Shown here: one piece after another, positions 60,287-64,000 of the stretch
Layout: every line of letters begins with the position of its first letter
How positions within the stretch are numbered: position 1 is the first letter of the stretch
Origin: Acidovorax sp.
Lineage (GTDB): Bacteria > Pseudomonadota > Gammaproteobacteria > Burkholderiales > Burkholderiaceae_C
Length of the DNA: 64,000 nt
Direction of reading: 5' to 3'
NCBI RefSeq assembly: GCF_046294525.1
Contig: NZ_JBKBKQ010000001.1
Span: forward strand, 231,263-295,262
The notes under the pieces: model-generated
Databases searched by the model: none
Told to the model about the DNA's origin: nothing
Seen by the model: only the letters and a program-made list of their open reading frames with translations
Position numbers and translations under genes: made by a program

Positions 60287-61726
60287 ATGCATGCAAACCT
60301 GATCGGCGGCGCCTGGATCGACGGCGTCCGCACCTACCAGAACACCAACCCCTCTGACACACGCGACGTGATTGGCGACTACGCCGTGGCCAGCCGTGAG
60401 CAGGCGCTCGATGCCGTGGCCGCCGCACACGCTGCTTTCCCGGCATGGAGCCTGTCCACCCCACAGCAGCGCTTTGACATCCTAGATGCCGTGGGCAACG
60501 AAATCATCGCCCGCAAGGCCGAGCTGGGCGACCTGCTGGCCCGCGAGGAAGGCAAGACCCTGCCCGAAGCGATTGGCGAAGTGGGCCGCGCCGCCGCCAT
60601 CTTCAAGTTCTTTGCTGGTGAGGCGCTGCGCCCCGGTGGCGAGATGATCCCATCCGTGCGCCCTGGCGTGGGCATCGAGATCACACGCGAGCCGCTAGGC
60701 GTGATCGGCATCATCACGCCGTGGAACTTCCCCATCGCCATCCCGGCCTGGAAGATTGCCCCCGCCCTGGCCTACGGCAACACGGTGGTGTTCAAACCCG
60801 CTGAAGTGGTGCCAGGCTCTGCCTGGGCGCTGGCCGACATCCTGCACCGCGCGGGCCTGCCCGCCGGTGTGTTCAACCTGGTGATGGGCAGGGGATCGGA
60901 CGTGGGCGCCGTGCTGCTGGAAGACGAACGCATTGCGGGCGTGAGCTTTACCGGCTCGGTCGGCACCGGCCAGCGTGTGGCCGCCGCCTGCGTGCCGCGC
61001 GGTGCCAAGGTGCAGCTGGAGATGGGCGGCAAGAACCCGTTTGTGGTGCTGGACGACGCCGACCTGAACGTTGCTGTGGGCGCCGCCATCAACAGCGGGT
61101 TCTTCTCGACCGGCCAGCGCTGCACCGCCAGCAGTCGCGTGATCGTGACCGAAGGCATCCACGACCGCTTCGTGGCCGCCATGGTCGAGAAAATGAAGAC
61201 CTTGAAGGTGGACGACGCCCGCAGGGCTGGCACCGACATCGGCCCCGTGGTGGACGACCGCCAGCTCGCGCAAGACCTGGAATACATCGGCATCGGCCAG
61301 CAGGAAGGCGCCAAGCTCACCTACGGCGGCGAAGCCCTGGAGAAGAACGCCGACGGCGCGCCCGGCTACTACCTGCGCCCCGCCCTGTTCACCGAGACCA
61401 CGCCCGGCATGCGCATCAACCGCGAAGAAATCTTCGGCCCCGTGGTGAGCGTGTTGCGCGCCAAGAACTACGAAGAGGCCCTGGCCCTGGCCAACGACAC
61501 GCCCTTCGGCCTGGCCAGCGGCATTGCCACCACCAGCCTCAAGCACGCCACGCACTTCAAGCGCCACGCGCAAGCCGGCATGGTGATGGTGAACCTGCCC
61601 ACGGCGGGCGTGGACTACCACGTGCCCTTCGGCGGCCGCAAGGGCAGCAGCTACGGCCCACGCGAGCAAGGGCGTTACGCGGCGGAGTTCTACACCACGG
61701 TGAAGACGGCGTACACGCAAGCGTGA
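60287..61726 (+). CDS. aldehyde dehydrogenase, probable 2-oxoglutarate (alpha-ketoglutarate) semialdehyde dehydrogenase
   Basis: 479 aa with ALDH motifs (ELGGKNP, catalytic-Cys context GQRCTA); follows the GntR gene next to the uronate cluster. Confidence 0.75.
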   Translation: MHANLIGGAWIDGVRTYQNTNPSDTRDVIGDYAVASREQALDAVAAAHAAFPAWSLSTPQQRFDILDAVGNEIIARKAELGDLLAREEGKTLPEAIGEVGRAAAIFKFFAGEALRPGGEMIPSVRPGVGIEITREPLGVIGIITPWNFPIAIPAWKIAPALAYGNTVVFKPAEVVPGSAWALADILHRAGLPAGVFNLVMGRGSDVGAVLLEDERIAGVSFTGSVGTGQRVAAACVPRGAKVQLEMGGKNPFVVLDDADLNVAVGAAINSGFFSTGQRCTASSRVIVTEGIHDRFVAAMVEKMKTLKVDDARRAGTDIGPVVDDRQLAQDLEYIGIGQQEGAKLTYGGEALEKNADGAPGYYLRPALFTETTPGMRINREEIFGPVVSVLRAKNYEEALALANDTPFGLASGIATTSLKHATHFKRHAQAGMVMVNLPTAGVDYHVPFGGRKGSSYGPREQGRYAAEFYTTVKTAYTQA

Positions 61727-61939
61727 AGCGGCCAGCCCGCAACCCACCGGACAGGCGGCGCAGCGGGTTGCTGAAAATATGAGGAAAAAATAGGCCCTGC
61801 CGCTCTACCACATTGCGTCACAAGCTATACATTTAATAGCAAGCAGAACGCACGGGGCCTATCTCCTGATGGGAGGCTCGCCCCTCCCCCATGCCGGCCT
61901 CAGCGCGGGACTGGATCCCCTCCGCTATCATCGCGCCCC

Positions 61940-62299
61940 ATGACCGCCCCCCGACGAACCTTTGCTGCGCTGCGCCTGTGGGTGCTCGCATGGTTCGTGG
62001 CGTCAATGGGGGTGGCCATTGCATCGCCGCTAGCGCACCCGCAATCCTTTGAGGTGATCTGCTCGGGCGCGGGCACCATCAAGCTGCTGGTGCAGACCGA
62101 CGATGGCACCGTCGAAATGGGCGCGATGGGCATGGACTGCCCCTTGTGCTCCACCCCCAGCGCCCCGCCACCCACACCGGCAGCCGCCGTGCTGCCACCC
62201 CATCCCCTGGCCCATGCGCTGCAGCCTGTAGAGGCTGCCCGCATCGCGGCCGCCACTGCGGCGCCCCTGCCCGCACGCGGGCCCCCATCGCGCTCTTGA
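61940..62299 (+). CDS. DUF2946-like small secreted protein (copper-related, precedes TonB receptor)
   Basis: 119 aa with a signal peptide and Cys/Met/His-rich motifs (GMDCPLC). Confidence 0.45.
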   Translation: MTAPRRTFAALRLWVLAWFVASMGVAIASPLAHPQSFEVICSGAGTIKLLVQTDDGTVEMGAMGMDCPLCSTPSAPPPTPAAAVLPPHPLAHALQPVEAARIAAATAAPLPARGPPSRS

Positions 62300-62433
62300 T
62301 CTGAAGCTTGTTGGCAGTGCCCGGTACCTGGTGGTCGGGTGCTGCCCTGTTCCCGCTGTTTTCCAGATCGCGCAGCCCTGCGTGCAACTCACGCAGGCCC
62401 GGCTGCGCTGTCGCCTCAAGACAAGAGCGTTTT

Positions 62434-64000
62434 CATGTCCTGTATTTCCTTTGCTTCGCGCAGCGCTGCGGCCTTGCCGCGCCTGCCCCTTTCCCCTCTG
62501 TGCCTGGGCGTGCTTGCCACCTGCGCGCTGGCCTCGGCCGCCACCCATGCACAGCAGCCCACTACACCCACATTGCAGGCCGTGGACGTGGTCGATGCCA
62601 CTGCATCCCCCAACGGCAAACTCAACCTGGACACCCCCGTGGACACCGGCAGCCGCCTGGGCCTGACGGTGCGCGAGAACCCCGCCTCCGTCACCGTGGT
62701 AGACCGCGCCACCATCGACGCACGCGGCGCACAGGACACGCAGGAAATTCTGCGCGCCGTGCCGGGCGTGGTGGCGCACAACGCGCCGGGTTCGATGTCC
62801 GCGCACTACCGGGGCTTTACCAGCAACTCGGTGGCGCAGCTCTACAACGGCATCAACCCGCAATACGGCAGCGCCACGCGCGCGGTCGATAGCTGGATCT
62901 ACGACCGCGTGGAAGCCATCGGCGGTGCCTCAAGCTTTTTGTACGGCTCGGGCGGAGTGGGTGGCTCCATCAACTACATCACCAAGACGGCCGAGCGCAG
63001 CGACTTTGCCGAAGGCCAAGTGCGCCTGGGCTCGTACGACCTGAAAGAAGTGTCTGTGGGCTTGAACCGCCGCATCGCAGGCGGCGACGGCACTGCAGGC
63101 CCCACGCACTACGCACGCATCGACCTCAACCACCGCGACGCAGGCAGCTGGACCGAGGGCACCAAGACGCAGTCCACCCAGCTCGCTACCTCGCTGCTGT
63201 CGGACCTGGGCGGCGGCTTCAGCCACACGCTGGCCTACGAATACCAGAAGGACCATGTGGACCGCCCTTACTGGGGCACGCCGGTGCTGAACCCTGCCGT
63301 GGGCGCGCTGACCATCGACCCCGCCACGCGCTTCAAGAACTACAACAGCGCCGACGGCATGTACGAGCACCGCGTGCAGTGGCTGCGCTCGGTGGCGCAA
63401 TGGCGCGTGTCCGATGCGCTGCAGCTCAAGAACACGCTCTACGTGTACGACGCGCTGCGCGACTATCGCAACGTGGAGATCTACACCTTCAACGCCACCA
63501 ACACTGCCGTCACCCGCACCTCCCCCCTGCTCCAGCGGCACGACCAGCAACTGCTGGGCAACCGCATTGAAGGCACGTACCTGGGGCAACTGGCTGGCAG
63601 GAAAAGCGACTGGGCGTTTGGCCTGGACGTGAGCGTGAACAAGCAAACCCGATTCCCGCTGGGCCCGTCGGTCACCGTAAGCACGGTCAACCCCTACAAC
63701 TTCTCCACCGAGAACTTCTTCAGCATCACTGGCATCTCGCCCGTCTGGAGCCCCGACAAGGACAACAAGATCACCAACACCGCGCTGTACCTGGAAAACC
63801 GCACGGCCGTGGTGCCTGGCGTGAATCTGATCACCGCGCTGCGGCACGAGCGCATCGATCTCGACCTGGTGAACCGCCGCGCCGTCACAGCCACCGCGCC
63901 CGCCACCTTCAGCCGCAGCTACAGCCCCACCACTGGCCGCCTGGGCGTGGTGTGGGACATTGCGCCTGGCGCCAACCTGTATGCGCAGGCCTCCAACGCG
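62434..64000 (+). CDS. TonB-dependent outer-membrane receptor (copper/OprC-NosA-like), 3'-partial
   Basis: Hand-translated from the ATG at 62434: signal peptide, plug domain (NPASVTVVDRATIDARGAQDTQEILRAVPGV) and beta-barrel repeats; the frame is open to the window end and is not in the ORF track because it lacks a stop. Confidence 0.8.

Overview
High-GC (~68%) chromosomal window, probably from a Comamonadaceae-like betaproteobacterium, densely coded on both strands. Identifications rest on protein motifs read from the supplied translations, not on database searches.

- Left 18 kb is core metabolism and envelope: pcaIJ with a divergent IclR regulator, a tctCBA tricarboxylate transporter with a tctDE two-component pair, cytochrome c4, a CoxD/CoxE-like MoxR-ATPase plus VWA pair with a GNAT gene between them, and tamA-tamB.

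- Accessory island at ~18.9-41.2 kb: a tRNA-Arg(CCT) gene at 18914-18988 is followed by this region, which shows several GC dips. It opens with a complete Type I R-M locus, hsdM-hsdS-[DUF3800-like + 166-aa unknown]-fic-hsdR. The two inserted genes are low-GC.

- Most interesting region, 28.4-41.2 kb: an uncharacterised membrane-stress-like module. It comprises a YjfI-like protein, a PspA/IM30 homolog, a tandem-RHH-like small protein, a YqiJ/NfeD-like membrane protein, a 708-aa flotillin, a Zn-ribbon protein, a low-GC 469-aa protein with a C-terminal SUKH-1 (SMI1/KNR4) immunity-like domain, and a giant 1876-aa protein carrying a MoxR/midasin-like AAA+ module near its C-terminus.

- Right side: a REPtron (IS200-like RAYT transposase flanked by GTCGGGTTA-type REP hairpins), panE, a second two-component pair, a DegP/MucD protease split by a 1-bp frameshift, an oxidative uronate/galactarate utilisation cluster (udh, lactonase, garD, TRAP dctPQM, a GntR regulator, 2-oxoglutarate-semialdehyde dehydrogenase), then a DUF2946 gene and a partial TonB-dependent (copper-type) receptor.

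- A second, distinct ~55-60 bp palindromic repeat family (core CTAGCGCTTAT-N5-ATAAGCGCTAG) occurs five times. One copy lies next to the tRNA, one is a degenerate in-frame copy inside hsdR, and two overlap gene stop codons.
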